Shown piece by piece: positions 32,881 to 43,237 of a stretch of DNA of 64,000 nt. Under the pieces are notes generated by a model. It saw only the letters and a program-made list of their open reading frames with translations, ran no database searches and was not told where the DNA came from. How positions within the stretch are numbered: the stretch's first letter is position 1; every line of letters starts with the position of its first letter. The stretch comes from Nitrosopumilus sp. (GTDB taxonomy: Archaea > Thermoproteota > Nitrososphaeria > Nitrososphaerales > Nitrosopumilaceae): positions 896,001 through 960,000 of the forward strand of contig OZ242041.1 in assembly GCA_965205215.1 (NCBI GenBank). The letters run 5' to 3'. The position numbers were made by a program, and so were the translations under genes.

Positions 32881-34184
32881 TGTCCGTTATAGCGCCCGAC
32901 TTTAGGCTGAGTGGCTTTATCCGGTCGATATTTGACAACGCGTTCTGGGCCCTGCTGCTGGCAAACCTGGTGGGGATACCGGCCATAATGATGGTCCTGT
33001 TCTACATCGAGATGCCCGTGATAAACGGAGAGCTGCTCACGCCGTTCCTCGCGTTCACCTGGCTTGCCGACCCCTCCAGGATCCTGCCGATAGTGCACGC
33101 GTTCATGGCTACCGACATGTTCCGAGTGGTGGCATTCCCCGGGTTCGGGTTCGCCGCGCTGATTGCGGCGGGCACCATATTCGTCGAGCGCAAGCTGCTC
33201 GCAAAGCTCCAGCTGCGGGTCGGGCCGTTCTACTGCGGCAAGATCGAGGGGATACTGCAGCTGATGGGCGACGGGCTCAAGCTGATATCAAAGGAGATAA
33301 TCATACCGGCAAAGGCCGACAAGCCGATATTCTGGGTCGCGCCGGTCATATTCGTCGCGACGGCGGCCGCGTTCGTGGCGCTGATTCCAGTCGCGCCGGG
33401 CTGGGTGGTGGCCGACGTCGACCTGGGGCTGATTGCCGTGTTCGCCGTAATCGGGTTCTTCCCCATTATCACCATACTGTCCGCGTGGTCGGCGAACTCA
33501 AAGTTCCCGTTCATCGGCGGCATCAGGGCCCTGTTCCAGATGGTCTCATTCGAGATCCCGCTCATACTCTCGCTGCTCGGCGTCGTGATCCTGACGGGCA
33601 CCCTGAACCTGTCCGAGATTGCCGCAAGCCAGTCCATGTTCCCGTGGATAATATTCCTGCCCATCGGCGCGGTCGTGTTCTTCACCACCATGCTTGCGGA
33701 GCTGGAGAGGATACCGTTTGACCTGCCGGAGGCCGAGTCGGAGATCGTGGCCGGCTGGCTCACGGAGTTCTCCGGCATGATGTACGGGCTCGTGCAGCTG
33801 GGGACGTACCTCAAGCTGTACGCCTTTGCGGCGCTCTTCGTGGTGCTCTTCTTGGGCGGGTGGCACGGGCCGATGGTGGTGCCGCCGTTTCCAGAGGAGA
33901 TACTGACCGAGGGCATAGTAATGGGGCCCGTGACGGCAAAGATCCCGGGGCTCCCGCTGTTTACCCAGGAGATGCTCAACGGCACGCTGTGGTTCGTGCT
34001 CAAGACAGTCGCCGTCATATTCTTCATCCTGCTGCCGAGGGGGGTCTTCCCGCGCATCAGGATAGACATGCTGCTGAACCTGGGCTGGTCCAAGCTGATA
34101 GGGCTGGCCTTTGTTAACATCTTTATTGCACTCGGGCTGCTTTACGCTGGAGTCCTGGGACCTGGAGGTATGCTGCTGCAATGA
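32880..34184 (+). CDS. nuoH: complex I subunit H
   Basis: ERKLLA...RVGP, DGLKL..KE, PFDLPEAESE. Confidence 0.95.
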   Translation: MSVIAPDFRLSGFIRSIFDNAFWALLLANLVGIPAIMMVLFYIEMPVINGELLTPFLAFTWLADPSRILPIVHAFMATDMFRVVAFPGFGFAALIAAGTIFVERKLLAKLQLRVGPFYCGKIEGILQLMGDGLKLISKEIIIPAKADKPIFWVAPVIFVATAAAFVALIPVAPGWVVADVDLGLIAVFAVIGFFPIITILSAWSANSKFPFIGGIRALFQMVSFEIPLILSLLGVVILTGTLNLSEIAASQSMFPWIIFLPIGAVVFFTTMLAELERIPFDLPEAESEIVAGWLTEFSGMMYGLVQLGTYLKLYAFAALFVVLFLGGWHGPMVVPPFPEEILTEGIVMGPVTAKIPGLPLFTQEMLNGTLWFVLKTVAVIFFILLPRGVFPRIRIDMLLNLGWSKLIGLAFVNIFIALGLLYAGVLGPGGMLLQ

Positions 34185-34678
34185 AGACTGCCACGGGAAT
34201 CATACGCGCCCTGAACTCGGGGGTAAAGCACCTTGCGGTAAAGCGCTTTACGCTGAGGTATCCTGAGGAGAAGCTGGAGTTTGTAGGCGACGGGTACCAG
34301 TTTGATCCGTCCACCGGCGTGGGGATTGCGGGCCTCAAGGGGAGGCACATGCTGTTCCACGACCACTGCACGGGGTGCCAGCTCTGCTCCATCGCCTGCG
34401 AGGGAGTGGCAGAGGCGATCGCGATGGTAAAGGTGCCCGAGGAGCAAAAGCAGAACAAAAAGTCGATAATGCCGCAGATAGACTACGGCAAGTGCGTCTT
34501 CTGCGGGCTGTGCGTGGACGCCTGCCCGTTTTATGCCCTGTACATGACAAACGACTACGAGCTCTCGTCCTTCTCAAAGGAGGGCCTCATATACACGCCT
34601 GCCCAGCTGGCAGTCAAGCCGTACGTGAGGCAGGACTCGAGCATCCAGATAACTGAGCGGGGTGCGACCCATGGCTGA
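34181..34678 (+). CDS. nuoI: complex I subunit I
   Basis: Two CxxCxxCxxxC 4Fe-4S motifs. Confidence 0.95.
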   Translation: MKTATGIIRALNSGVKHLAVKRFTLRYPEEKLEFVGDGYQFDPSTGVGIAGLKGRHMLFHDHCTGCQLCSIACEGVAEAIAMVKVPEEQKQNKKSIMPQIDYGKCVFCGLCVDACPFYALYMTNDYELSSFSKEGLIYTPAQLAVKPYVRQDSSIQITERGATHG

Positions 34679-35186
34679 CCCAGTGTTCGTGGTGCTCGCC
34701 GTGGTTACGGTGGGCTCTGCAATAGCGGCCCTCGAGCTGCGCTCGCTGGTGTACGGCTCCATCGCGTTGATGGGGACGCTCGGCGGGATCGCGGGGTTCT
34801 TCCTGCTGCTTGACGCGACGTTCGTGGCGCTCTTCCAGCTTGCGGTGTACGTGGGCTCCATAGCGGTGCTGATACTGTTTACCGTGATGCTTGTAAAGCG
34901 CGAGCTGATATTCAAGAAGATAGAGGACAAGAGGCGCAAGTTTGCCGGCGTGGCGCTGATGCTTGTGACGATGGTGGCCCTGGGCGCCATATTCATCGAC
35001 TCGGGGATAAAGGATATTACAACAGACGAGCCCCCCGTCGACTTTAGGGAGATAGGCTCGGACTTTGTCACGTATTACTGGCCCGCGCTCATACTTATGG
35101 GGCTCATCCTTGCCGGCTCGGTGACTGGCGCGCTCGTGCTGGCTCGGAGGGAGGATATAGAGGAGAATGGTCAACGAACTAGTTGA
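34671..35186 (+). CDS. nuoJ: complex I subunit J
   Basis: QLAVYVGSIAVLILF; operon position. Confidence 0.9.
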   Translation: MADPVFVVLAVVTVGSAIAALELRSLVYGSIALMGTLGGIAGFFLLLDATFVALFQLAVYVGSIAVLILFTVMLVKRELIFKKIEDKRRKFAGVALMLVTMVALGAIFIDSGIKDITTDEPPVDFREIGSDFVTYYWPALILMGLILAGSVTGALVLARREDIEENGQRTS

Positions 35187-35472
35187 CTTTACGCTGGTCT
35201 CAATCGCCCTTCTGGGGATCGGGATCTACGGACTTGCAGTAAAGCGCAACTTTATCAGAATGCTCTTTGCAATAGAGATTATCATAAACGCGGCCAACCT
35301 GAATTTGGTGGCCTTTGGAAGGTTCATCCCCGAGAGCGGCGGGCAGACTCTGGCGCTCTTCTCGATTGCGATTGCGGCAGCCGAGGTGGCAGTCGGACTG
35401 TCGCTGATTATCGTGGCGTACAGGATGTACCAGAACGTGGACGTTGCGGACTTTAGGAGCCTGAGGGGCTAG
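35167..35472 (+). CDS. nuoK: complex I subunit K
   Basis: IAAAEVAVGL. Confidence 0.93.
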   Translation: MVNELVDFTLVSIALLGIGIYGLAVKRNFIRMLFAIEIIINAANLNLVAFGRFIPESGGQTLALFSIAIAAAEVAVGLSLIIVAYRMYQNVDVADFRSLRG

Positions 35473-35512
35473 AAGAGAGAGAGAAGAAGAAGAGGAGGAT
35501 GAGCAGAGAGAA

Positions 35513-37213
35513 TTGATTACCCCCGACTACGCCCTGATGCAGGCCGTGTTCCTGCCTCTGCTGCTCTCCCCCGTGGCATACGTCCTGGGGCGCAAGGCGG
35601 GGCCCACGGCCGCAATGTGGTTTACGTTTGCCGTGCTCCTGTACTCGACCGTGCTCGTGGTGTCCGCGGCCCTTGACGGGGGCGTCACGGAGGAGCACTA
35701 CCCGTGGACCGAGACGTTCGGGGAGTTCGGGTTCCTGATGGACGGGCTGGCGTCGCCGTTTGCCATCGTGATATACGTGCTGTCGACCATCTTGGCGCTG
35801 TACTCCAAGCCGTACATGATACACAAGTTCAGGGAGCAGTTTGCCGAGGAGGGCCGGTCGGCGCAAGGCAACGGCAGCAGCAGCGGAGAAGCCTCTGTCT
35901 CCTCGACTTCGGCTTCCTCGACTCCGGCCACTGCCGCCGCGACAGCGACCGCCGAGTCCCACGAGACATCGGCCGCCCTGAATTCGTACGTCAACGCAAA
36001 GTCGGGACTCTACTTTGCGCTATACCTCGTATTTGCCATGGGGATGCTCGGGACCGTCCTTGCGACCAACCTCATCGAGTTTTACATATTCTTCGAGGTG
36101 ATGCTCATACCCGGTTTCTTCCTGGTGGCGCTGTGGGGCGACGGGCCCCGCAGAAAGATAGGCCTCATGTTCCTGTTCTGGACCCATGCGGGCGCAGTCG
36201 TGCTCCTGCTTGGCTTTCTTATGATCGGGCTCACGGTGGGAAGCTTTGACTTTGCGGACATCGACGAGTCCGTACTGCCGTCTGACATCGCGCTGCTGTC
36301 CGGCGTGGCAATCACGATAGGGCTCGGCGTAAAGCTGGCCGTGTTCATGTTCCACATATGGCTGCCCTACGTGCACGGCTCGGCCCCCACCCCCATCAGC
36401 GCGCTGCTCTCGCCTGCGATGATCGGGATCGGCGCGTACGGCATCTTCCGGCTCGTGGTGGAGCTGCTTCCCGCCACGTATTCTGAGCTCTCCATATGGC
36501 TCCACGTGTGGGGGCTTGTCACGATGATATACGGGGGCGCCATGGCGCTCATGCAGGACGACCTCAAGCGGCTGCTGGCGTACTCTAGCATAAGCCAGAT
36601 GGGATACCTGCTGTTTGGGATAGGCTCCGTGTCTGTACTGGGGCTGTCGGGCGCCGAGATGATGTATGTAACGCACGGGCTCGGCAAGGGACTGCTCTTC
36701 ATGACTGCCGGGATCATCATAGTAAGGGTGGGCACCCGGAGCATCTCGAAGCTGGGCGGCCTTGCCAGCAAGATGCCCATCACCGCCGTCTGCGCCGTCA
36801 TAGGCGCGCTGACCATAATGGGCGTTCCGCCCACAAGCGGGTTCATGGGCGAATGGATCCTCTTTTACGGGGCCCTTGAGACGGCGATCGAAGAGGACTC
36901 GATGCTGCGTACCGTGACGTTTGCGCTGGGACTGCTTGCGACCGCGCTTACAATGTCCTACATGCTGTGGATGCTAAAGCGCGTCTTCTTTGGCAAGCTG
37001 CCGGAGCGCCTCTCAAAGGTCAAGGAGGGCAGCTGGTACATGACGGCGCCCATGATGGTGCTGGCAGGCTTTACGATCGTGCTGGGGATATACCCGGACA
37101 TATTCTTGGAGACCATCGTGCCGTACATGGAGTGGGTGCTTCCCGCTACAGGCGGCGGTGATGGCATGGCCGCAATGGCAACGGCGACTGCCGGAGGAGG
37201 GGGCGGTACGTAG
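35513..37213 (+). CDS. nuoM: complex I subunit M
   Basis: FHIWLP, LKRLLAYSSISQMG, SGFMGE. Confidence 0.92.
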   Translation: MITPDYALMQAVFLPLLLSPVAYVLGRKAGPTAAMWFTFAVLLYSTVLVVSAALDGGVTEEHYPWTETFGEFGFLMDGLASPFAIVIYVLSTILALYSKPYMIHKFREQFAEEGRSAQGNGSSSGEASVSSTSASSTPATAAATATAESHETSAALNSYVNAKSGLYFALYLVFAMGMLGTVLATNLIEFYIFFEVMLIPGFFLVALWGDGPRRKIGLMFLFWTHAGAVVLLLGFLMIGLTVGSFDFADIDESVLPSDIALLSGVAITIGLGVKLAVFMFHIWLPYVHGSAPTPISALLSPAMIGIGAYGIFRLVVELLPATYSELSIWLHVWGLVTMIYGGAMALMQDDLKRLLAYSSISQMGYLLFGIGSVSVLGLSGAEMMYVTHGLGKGLLFMTAGIIIVRVGTRSISKLGGLASKMPITAVCAVIGALTIMGVPPTSGFMGEWILFYGALETAIEEDSMLRTVTFALGLLATALTMSYMLWMLKRVFFGKLPERLSKVKEGSWYMTAPMMVLAGFTIVLGIYPDIFLETIVPYMEWVLPATGGGDGMAAMATATAGGGGGT

Positions 37214-39307
37214 ATGGCAGCAGAGTCAGCCCCCGCGGCCTTCCTGCCGCCCATCGACGCGATACCCGAGGCCGCGTGGCTGGTCTGGGTCATACCGTTT
37301 GCCGCGGCCCTGATAATGCCGGCGATCGGCAAGGGGTCGCACCGGGTAACCGGGTACGCGGCAGTCGGGTTCGCGCTGATGTCGGCGCTGTCCGCGTTCT
37401 CGCTGCTCCCGATGGCGCTTGCCGGCGGGGAGATACACGACCAGATAATGTGGATAGAGGCCATAGGGCTCAAGGCCGGCGTGCTTGCCGACCCGCTGTC
37501 GGTGATAATGGCAAACGTGGTCGCGTGGATCTCGTTCCTCATAATGATATACAGCACGGGCTACATGAAGGGCGACCGCAACGTCGTGCGGTTCTGGTTC
37601 TGGATGCTGTTCTTCATCGGCTCGATGCAGCTCATCGTGCTGTCCGACAACCTGCTGCAGGTCTTCTTCGGGTGGGAGGGCGTCGGGCTCGCGTCGTACG
37701 CGCTGATCAGCTTTTGGTACCGCGACAAGAAAAAGGACCACGTGGGGCAGGAGAACCGCCGCGTCCTGGGCCTCATGGACTACTACGCCCCGACGCACGC
37801 CGGCATGAAGGCGTTCATCATGACAAAGGTCGGCGACGTGATGATGATTGCAGGCATGCTGCTGATATTCCTGTACGCCGGCACGTTCGGCTTCCGCGAA
37901 CTTGTCGGTGACATGGCGTGGGCAGTCGAGATGTCGGCCCAGGGGCTGCTGGTGCCTGCATTCGTGTTGCTCTTTGGCGGCGCAATCGGCAAGTCGGCGC
38001 AGTTCCCGCTCAACGAGTGGCTGCTGGAGGCCATGACCGGACCCACCGCAGTCTCCGCCCTGATACACGCGGCTACCATGGTAAAGGCCGGCGTGTTTCT
38101 GGTGGCCCGGCTGGGGCCCATCGTGTTTGCCCTGGGCGCCGCGGGGATACTGGCCGACCAGTTCTTTGAGATCGTGGCGTGGGTGGGCGCCATCACGGCC
38201 CTGCTGCTTGCGACGCAGGGCATGACCAACCCCGAGATAAAAAAGGTGCTTGCGTACTCGACCGGCTCGCAGATCGGGTACATGATGATGGCCCTCGGCG
38301 TGGCGGGACTGTCGTACCAGTACGTGGACGGCTACACTGCTGGGTTCTTCCATCTGATATCGCACGCAATGTTCAAGGCCTCCCTGTTCATGGCGGCCGG
38401 CTCCCTGCTGCACGTGGTGGGCTCCAGGTTCATGACTGACATGGGAGGCCTGCGTAAGCACATGAAGAAGACGTACGCCTTCATGTGGGCCGCGGGCCTG
38501 GGCCTCATGGGCGCCCCGTTCATCACGACGGGGTTCTGGAGCAAGGACGCCATATTCGCGGCCGTGTACGAGTCCGGCTCCGAGTGGGCGCTCCCCCTGT
38601 ATGTGATCGCGGTGCTGACCGCCGTGATCACGGCGTTCTACACGACGCGTATGATCGGCATGGTCTTCTTTGGGCCAAAGTCCGAGCACGTGCAGAAGAT
38701 GGAGGAGGAGGGGCACCGCGTGCACGAGGCCTCCGTGTCCATGTGGGTGCCGTACGGGATACTCGCGGCGCTGACGATCGGGATCGGCATCATCGGGCTG
38801 TCTGCCGAGGAGGGGCTGCACCACCTATTCGAGGTGTACCTGGCCGACTCGTTTGGCATACACGGGGCCGAGAAGGGCACTGAGATGGCGTCCATACTGC
38901 CAGGGTTCCTGCAGGGTCTCAACCCGGTGGCGCTCGGCTCGTCGCTTGCCGCCTTTGCCATAGGGATAGGGCTGGGGTACATCTTCTACATCGGCCGTCA
39001 CGTGGATCCCGCCAAGTTTGTCAACTCCAACATATTCTTTTACGCCATACACAAGGTGATACTCAACAGGTGGTACCTCAACGCCATCATATACTGGTGC
39101 TTTGTGGTGGCCCCGCTCTGGCTTGCGCGCGGCGTGTCCCGGTACTTTGAGAAGACCGCAATAGACTACGGCATGAACGACGGACTGCAAAAGGCGGCCG
39201 GCTGGAGCGCCAGGGTGGTGCAGGGCACGCAGACCGGCGTCTCGCAGTCGTACCTGTTCGTGTTCGGGGCGGGACTGCTGTTTGTGGTACTGATGCTGAT
39301 GATGTGA
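37214..39307 (+). CDS. nuoL: complex I subunit L
   Basis: GWEGVG, GKSAQFPL, SALIHAATMV, HAMFKA. Confidence 0.95.
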   Translation: MAAESAPAAFLPPIDAIPEAAWLVWVIPFAAALIMPAIGKGSHRVTGYAAVGFALMSALSAFSLLPMALAGGEIHDQIMWIEAIGLKAGVLADPLSVIMANVVAWISFLIMIYSTGYMKGDRNVVRFWFWMLFFIGSMQLIVLSDNLLQVFFGWEGVGLASYALISFWYRDKKKDHVGQENRRVLGLMDYYAPTHAGMKAFIMTKVGDVMMIAGMLLIFLYAGTFGFRELVGDMAWAVEMSAQGLLVPAFVLLFGGAIGKSAQFPLNEWLLEAMTGPTAVSALIHAATMVKAGVFLVARLGPIVFALGAAGILADQFFEIVAWVGAITALLLATQGMTNPEIKKVLAYSTGSQIGYMMMALGVAGLSYQYVDGYTAGFFHLISHAMFKASLFMAAGSLLHVVGSRFMTDMGGLRKHMKKTYAFMWAAGLGLMGAPFITTGFWSKDAIFAAVYESGSEWALPLYVIAVLTAVITAFYTTRMIGMVFFGPKSEHVQKMEEEGHRVHEASVSMWVPYGILAALTIGIGIIGLSAEEGLHHLFEVYLADSFGIHGAEKGTEMASILPGFLQGLNPVALGSSLAAFAIGIGLGYIFYIGRHVDPAKFVNSNIFFYAIHKVILNRWYLNAIIYWCFVVAPLWLARGVSRYFEKTAIDYGMNDGLQKAAGWSARVVQGTQTGVSQSYLFVFGAGLLFVVLMLMM

Positions 39308-39449
39308 TGGAAATGGTGATGGTTACGATGATGATGATAATGATGATGGCAGCGGAAACGACGGCGGAGACGGCAGCGGCAGCGGTAAAGATGGCGCCAA
39401 TCGCGTCACCCTGGACGCCGTCCACAGCACGGGAGGTTGACTGCCAAAT

Positions 39450-40943
39450 ATGATCCCGCTCGACTCCACCCCGATGATACTCGTCGCGATACTCGGCACG
39501 GTCGGCGTCATACTCCCGCTGATAAGCATCGCCCGCCGCGAGCTCGGCGGTAGCTCGTCAAACACTCTGTACGCCGCAATCGCGCTGGGCGCCCTTGCCG
39601 CGTCCATGGCCTACGTGGGGTACGAGTTCCTGTACGGGGATATGCCCGCCTCGGCGATCTTCTCCGAGGAGGTGCTCTCCGATGACGCGTTCGGCGGCTT
39701 CTTCGCCGTGGCGATGCTCATAGTGGCCATCTTCACCGTGGTGGGATCGTTTACGTACATGCGCAAGCACGAGAACGCGTCGCCCGCAGTATACTACTCG
39801 CTCATCCTGCTTGCGACCATAGGGATGGTGCTCGTCGCGTACTCCACCGACCTGGTGATGCTGTTCGTGGCCTGGGAGCTGATGAGCATACCCACGTACA
39901 TCCTGGTCGGGTTCATGAAGAGGAACCCCGCCTCAAACGAGGCCGCCATAAAGTACTTTTTGTTCGGGGCCCTCTCGTCGGCGATAATCATATACGGGAT
40001 ATCCCTGTCGTACGGGCTTACCGGCTCGACGAACATAGGCGACGTGATAGAGGGGTACGCGTCACTCGACGCATCGCTGATGCCGCTTGCGCTGCTTTCA
40101 GTCGGCATGCTGATTGCCGGGTTCGGCTTCAAGATGGGGCTCGTGCCGTTCCACCAGTGGCTTCCGGACACGTACGAGGGGGCGCCCGCGCCCGTAACCA
40201 CGCTGCTGGCGGCCGCAACCAAAAAGGCCGGGTTTGCAGCAGCACTGCGCATCGTGATAATGGGCGCCGTCGCCCTGAATACCGACTGGACGCTGGCCCT
40301 CGGCGTCATCGCCGTAATGACCATGACAGTCGGCAACGTGGCCGCCATCATGCAAAAGAACCTCTCAAGGATGCTAGCCTATTCCAGTATAGCGCACGCC
40401 GGGTACATACTGATCGGGCTTGCCGTGGCGCCGCACAGCTCGCTGGGGCTGCAGGGATCCCTGTACCAGATATTCAACCATGCCGTGATGAAGGGCGCCG
40501 CGTTCATAGCCGTGGCCGGAATCGTGGTGGCGCTTGCGGTCACGCACATCGACAAGCTTGCGGGGCTCGGGCGCCGCATGCCGATAACATCACTCGGGCT
40601 CGTGATATCGCTGTTCGCGCTTGCCGGCGTCCCTCCGCTGTCCGGGTTCTGGAGCAAGCTCATGCTGTTTGGCGGCGCGCTAGACGCGTCCTCGGCCCTG
40701 TGGTGGGCCCCGTGGCTTGCCATAGCCGGCGTGCTCAACAGCGCGCTCTCCCTTGCGTACTATGGCTGGATAACGCGCAAGATGTACTTTGAGGGCGAGA
40801 CCAAGCGCCGCGTGCCGGAGCCGAAGCCCGTGGTGGCCGTGATGATATTCTCCATACTGTTCCTGGTGGGATTCGGCGTGTACCCGGAGCCGCTGCTGCA
40901 GTTCATCGAGTTTGCCACGCCGGTAATCGACTGGCCGGGATAG
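39450..40943 (+). CDS. nuoN: complex I subunit N
   Basis: EAAIKYF, FKMGLVPFHQWLPDTYEGAP, LAYSSIAHAGY. Confidence 0.95.
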   Translation: MIPLDSTPMILVAILGTVGVILPLISIARRELGGSSSNTLYAAIALGALAASMAYVGYEFLYGDMPASAIFSEEVLSDDAFGGFFAVAMLIVAIFTVVGSFTYMRKHENASPAVYYSLILLATIGMVLVAYSTDLVMLFVAWELMSIPTYILVGFMKRNPASNEAAIKYFLFGALSSAIIIYGISLSYGLTGSTNIGDVIEGYASLDASLMPLALLSVGMLIAGFGFKMGLVPFHQWLPDTYEGAPAPVTTLLAAATKKAGFAAALRIVIMGAVALNTDWTLALGVIAVMTMTVGNVAAIMQKNLSRMLAYSSIAHAGYILIGLAVAPHSSLGLQGSLYQIFNHAVMKGAAFIAVAGIVVALAVTHIDKLAGLGRRMPITSLGLVISLFALAGVPPLSGFWSKLMLFGGALDASSALWWAPWLAIAGVLNSALSLAYYGWITRKMYFEGETKRRVPEPKPVVAVMIFSILFLVGFGVYPEPLLQFIEFATPVIDWPG

Positions 40944-41002
40944 TAGTGTCAGTAGCATAACGTTAGCATAACATTAGCAGCAGCGTCCGCCGCCTGACAT
41001 GC

Positions 41003-41854
41003 TCACATCTTAAACGACGTAAGCCTGATGAGGTTCTCCAGGCCGTCCTTTGCCGGGTGGTCCGGGATCTTTCTGAGCCCCGCCTCCGCCTTTTGCGAGT
41101 ATTTCTTTAGCAGCTCCTCCATGCGGTCAAACACGTGCCTGGGATCCGAGCTGCGCTTTATCAGCAGGTTGAACAGCTTGTCCTCGTTCTTCCAGTCGAG
41201 CAGGTCGTCCCTTATCTGGTATGCGATGCCGATGTTCAGCCCATACTCGGTCAGGGCCTCTATCTGCTGCTCGGAGCCCCCGCCCATTATGGCGCCCGTC
41301 CTGGCCGCCACCTCGAACGCGGTCGCGGTCTTGTATTCTATTACCTTGAGATAGTCGTCAAACGTGACGTCCTCGCTTGCCTCTAGCATCCCCTCTATCA
41401 TCTCGCCCTCGCTCATCCTCATCGCGGTGGTGGCCAAGTCCTTTGTCACGCGGGAGTTGTCCAGCCTGGAGCATATGGCAAGTATGAGCCCGAGCACAAA
41501 GTCGCCCGTCAGTATGCTCGTGTTGTACCCGTACTTTATGTGGAACGGGTCCTTCTGCCTCCTTACGGTCTCGTTGTCTATTATGTCGTCGTGTATTATC
41601 GACTCCATGTGCAGGAACTCGACTGCGCACGAGGCCGCAAGCGTGTTCTCGTCCACGCTACCGACGCACTCGGCCGCAAGCACCAGTATGACGGGCCTTA
41701 TCCTCTTGCCCCCCTCAAGCGAGTACTTGAGCGGCCCTATGAACTCCGACTCTGAATACAGGGCCAGCTCGTCGCTGAGGGCCCCGTCGATCCTCTCTAT
41801 GTAGCGGCCGTACGACTCCGCGAGCGGGTTGATCTCTGCGTTCTCTCTTTCCAT
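41003..41854 (-). CDS. polyprenyl diphosphate (GGPP-type) synthase
   Basis: GGKRIRP, HDDIID, YKTA, YQIRDD. Confidence 0.93.
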   Translation of the reverse strand: MERENAEINPLAESYGRYIERIDGALSDELALYSESEFIGPLKYSLEGGKRIRPVILVLAAECVGSVDENTLAASCAVEFLHMESIIHDDIIDNETVRRQKDPFHIKYGYNTSILTGDFVLGLILAICSRLDNSRVTKDLATTAMRMSEGEMIEGMLEASEDVTFDDYLKVIEYKTATAFEVAARTGAIMGGGSEQQIEALTEYGLNIGIAYQIRDDLLDWKNEDKLFNLLIKRSSDPRHVFDRMEELLKKYSQKAEAGLRKIPDHPAKDGLENLIRLTSFKM

Positions 41855-41899
41855 TGAGGTTGGCCTGCGTTCAAAGTGGCCACGTCACTAATTAAATCT

Positions 41900-41993
41900 T
41901 GGTGCTCCAGCCGGGACTTTCATCTTGTGATTTTGAACCCGGGATCACTGCCTTGAAAGGGCAGTATGCTTGACCGGTCTACACCACTGGAAC
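41900..41993 (-). tRNA. tRNA-Glu(UUC) with ~15-nt intron in the T-loop
   Basis: CTGCC-CTTTCAA-GGCAG arm; T-loop region is 22 nt instead of 7; CCA encoded. Confidence 0.88.
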
Positions 41994-42155
41994 AACGCGC
42001 GTGGTACCGGGGCCGGGAATAAAATCCTTTTCGGGCGTGACTGGGCCTCACTCTCTGAATGCAGCCTGCGGCGTCTGCGGCGCGCGCGGCGCCGCTGCCG
42101 TTGCCATGCGATCCCGCCGACAAAGATTTTTTTAGTGGTTTTATGGAGTCGAACC

Positions 42156-42821
42156 ATGAGCCTTTTGAGGCGTATAGACGAGATAATCGCAGAGCGCAGC
42201 CTGCTCAAGCACCCGTTCTATGAGATGTGGTCTGCCGGCGAGCTCTCAGCAGAGTCGCTTGCCGGCTACTCAAAGGAGTACTTTCAGCTTGTAAAGGCGG
42301 TGCCCTCGTTCATGGACACCATAATGGAGGCCGCCCCCGACTCCGAGTCCGTTAACCGCGAACTGGCCGAGAACCGCCGGGAGGAGGCGGATCACATAGG
42401 CCCGTGGCTTGAGTTTGCCGGTGAGCTCGGGGTGCCCGAGTCAGAGCTGGCCGGGTATACGGGGCTGCCAAAGACGCGGCAGGCCGTGCACGATATGGGA
42501 TACCTGATGGGGGCAGCCGGGTTTGACGCGGGAGCGGCCGCGATGTACGCGTTTGAAAAGGAGATTCCGCTGGTAAGCCAGACAAAGCTTGACGGCCTGG
42601 CGTCGTTTTACGGGATGACCGGCGAGCGCGCCACGCGATACTTTGAGCTGCACACCGAGGCAGACATCAGGCACGCCGCGCTCTGGAGGCGGATCATAGA
42701 GAACTCTGAGGCGGCGGCGCACCCGGGCGGCGGACGGGCATCCATACTGGAGGACACGGCGTCAAAGTCCGTGTCTGCACAGAACCTGCTGCTTGACGCG
42801 TGCTACGAAGAGTACTGCTGA
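42156..42821 (+). CDS. TenA/PqqC/CADD-like heme-oxygenase-fold protein
   Basis: LLKHPFY, EE..H, YF.LH.EAD.RH. Confidence 0.85.
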   Translation: MSLLRRIDEIIAERSLLKHPFYEMWSAGELSAESLAGYSKEYFQLVKAVPSFMDTIMEAAPDSESVNRELAENRREEADHIGPWLEFAGELGVPESELAGYTGLPKTRQAVHDMGYLMGAAGFDAGAAAMYAFEKEIPLVSQTKLDGLASFYGMTGERATRYFELHTEADIRHAALWRRIIENSEAAAHPGGGRASILEDTASKSVSAQNLLLDACYEEYC

Positions 42822-42866
42822 CGCGCATACTCTGTCGCGCCAGACTGCAATGACTCTGTACACTCT

Positions 42867-43118
42867 CTAGCTGGCACGGGCTCGGCGCGCCTCAAGCTCG
42901 GCGCGGGACTGCTCGCGGCGCGCACGCTCGGACTTGCTGCCCCACGTGTATCCGCACGCGTTGCACTCCCACTTGTCGTCATCCTCAGTTACGCAGCATC
43001 CGCCCAGGGTGATCCTCCCCTCTGACAGGTCCCGCTCAAATTCCACACTGCCGTTTGGATATCCGTATACGATGCGCGCCGGTTTGCCCTTGCCGCACAC
43101 GGGACATCTTGGAGCCAT
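42867..43118 (-). CDS. small Zn-ribbon protein
   Basis: CPVCG...IVYGYP...LGGC...WECNACG. Confidence 0.75.
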   Translation of the reverse strand: MAPRCPVCGKGKPARIVYGYPNGSVEFERDLSEGRITLGGCCVTEDDDKWECNACGYTWGSKSERARREQSRAELEARRARAS

Positions 43119-43237
43119 CCGATCAGGTGTACGCCGGCTGCGCATTTAAGCTCGTTTGATCCGCCCGTTGCCGCGGTTGGCGCCAGAGTCCGTTTTTCCC
43201 GGTCTGGATTGGCCGGCTTGGATCTGGACTGTATGTG

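Noticed and set aside
25971-38824. Long antisense ORFs over the acc and nuo genes
   Set aside because: Shadow ORFs caused by high GC at third codon positions
29837-40943. Absence of nuoEFG as a novelty
   Set aside because: Established feature of Nitrososphaerota complex I
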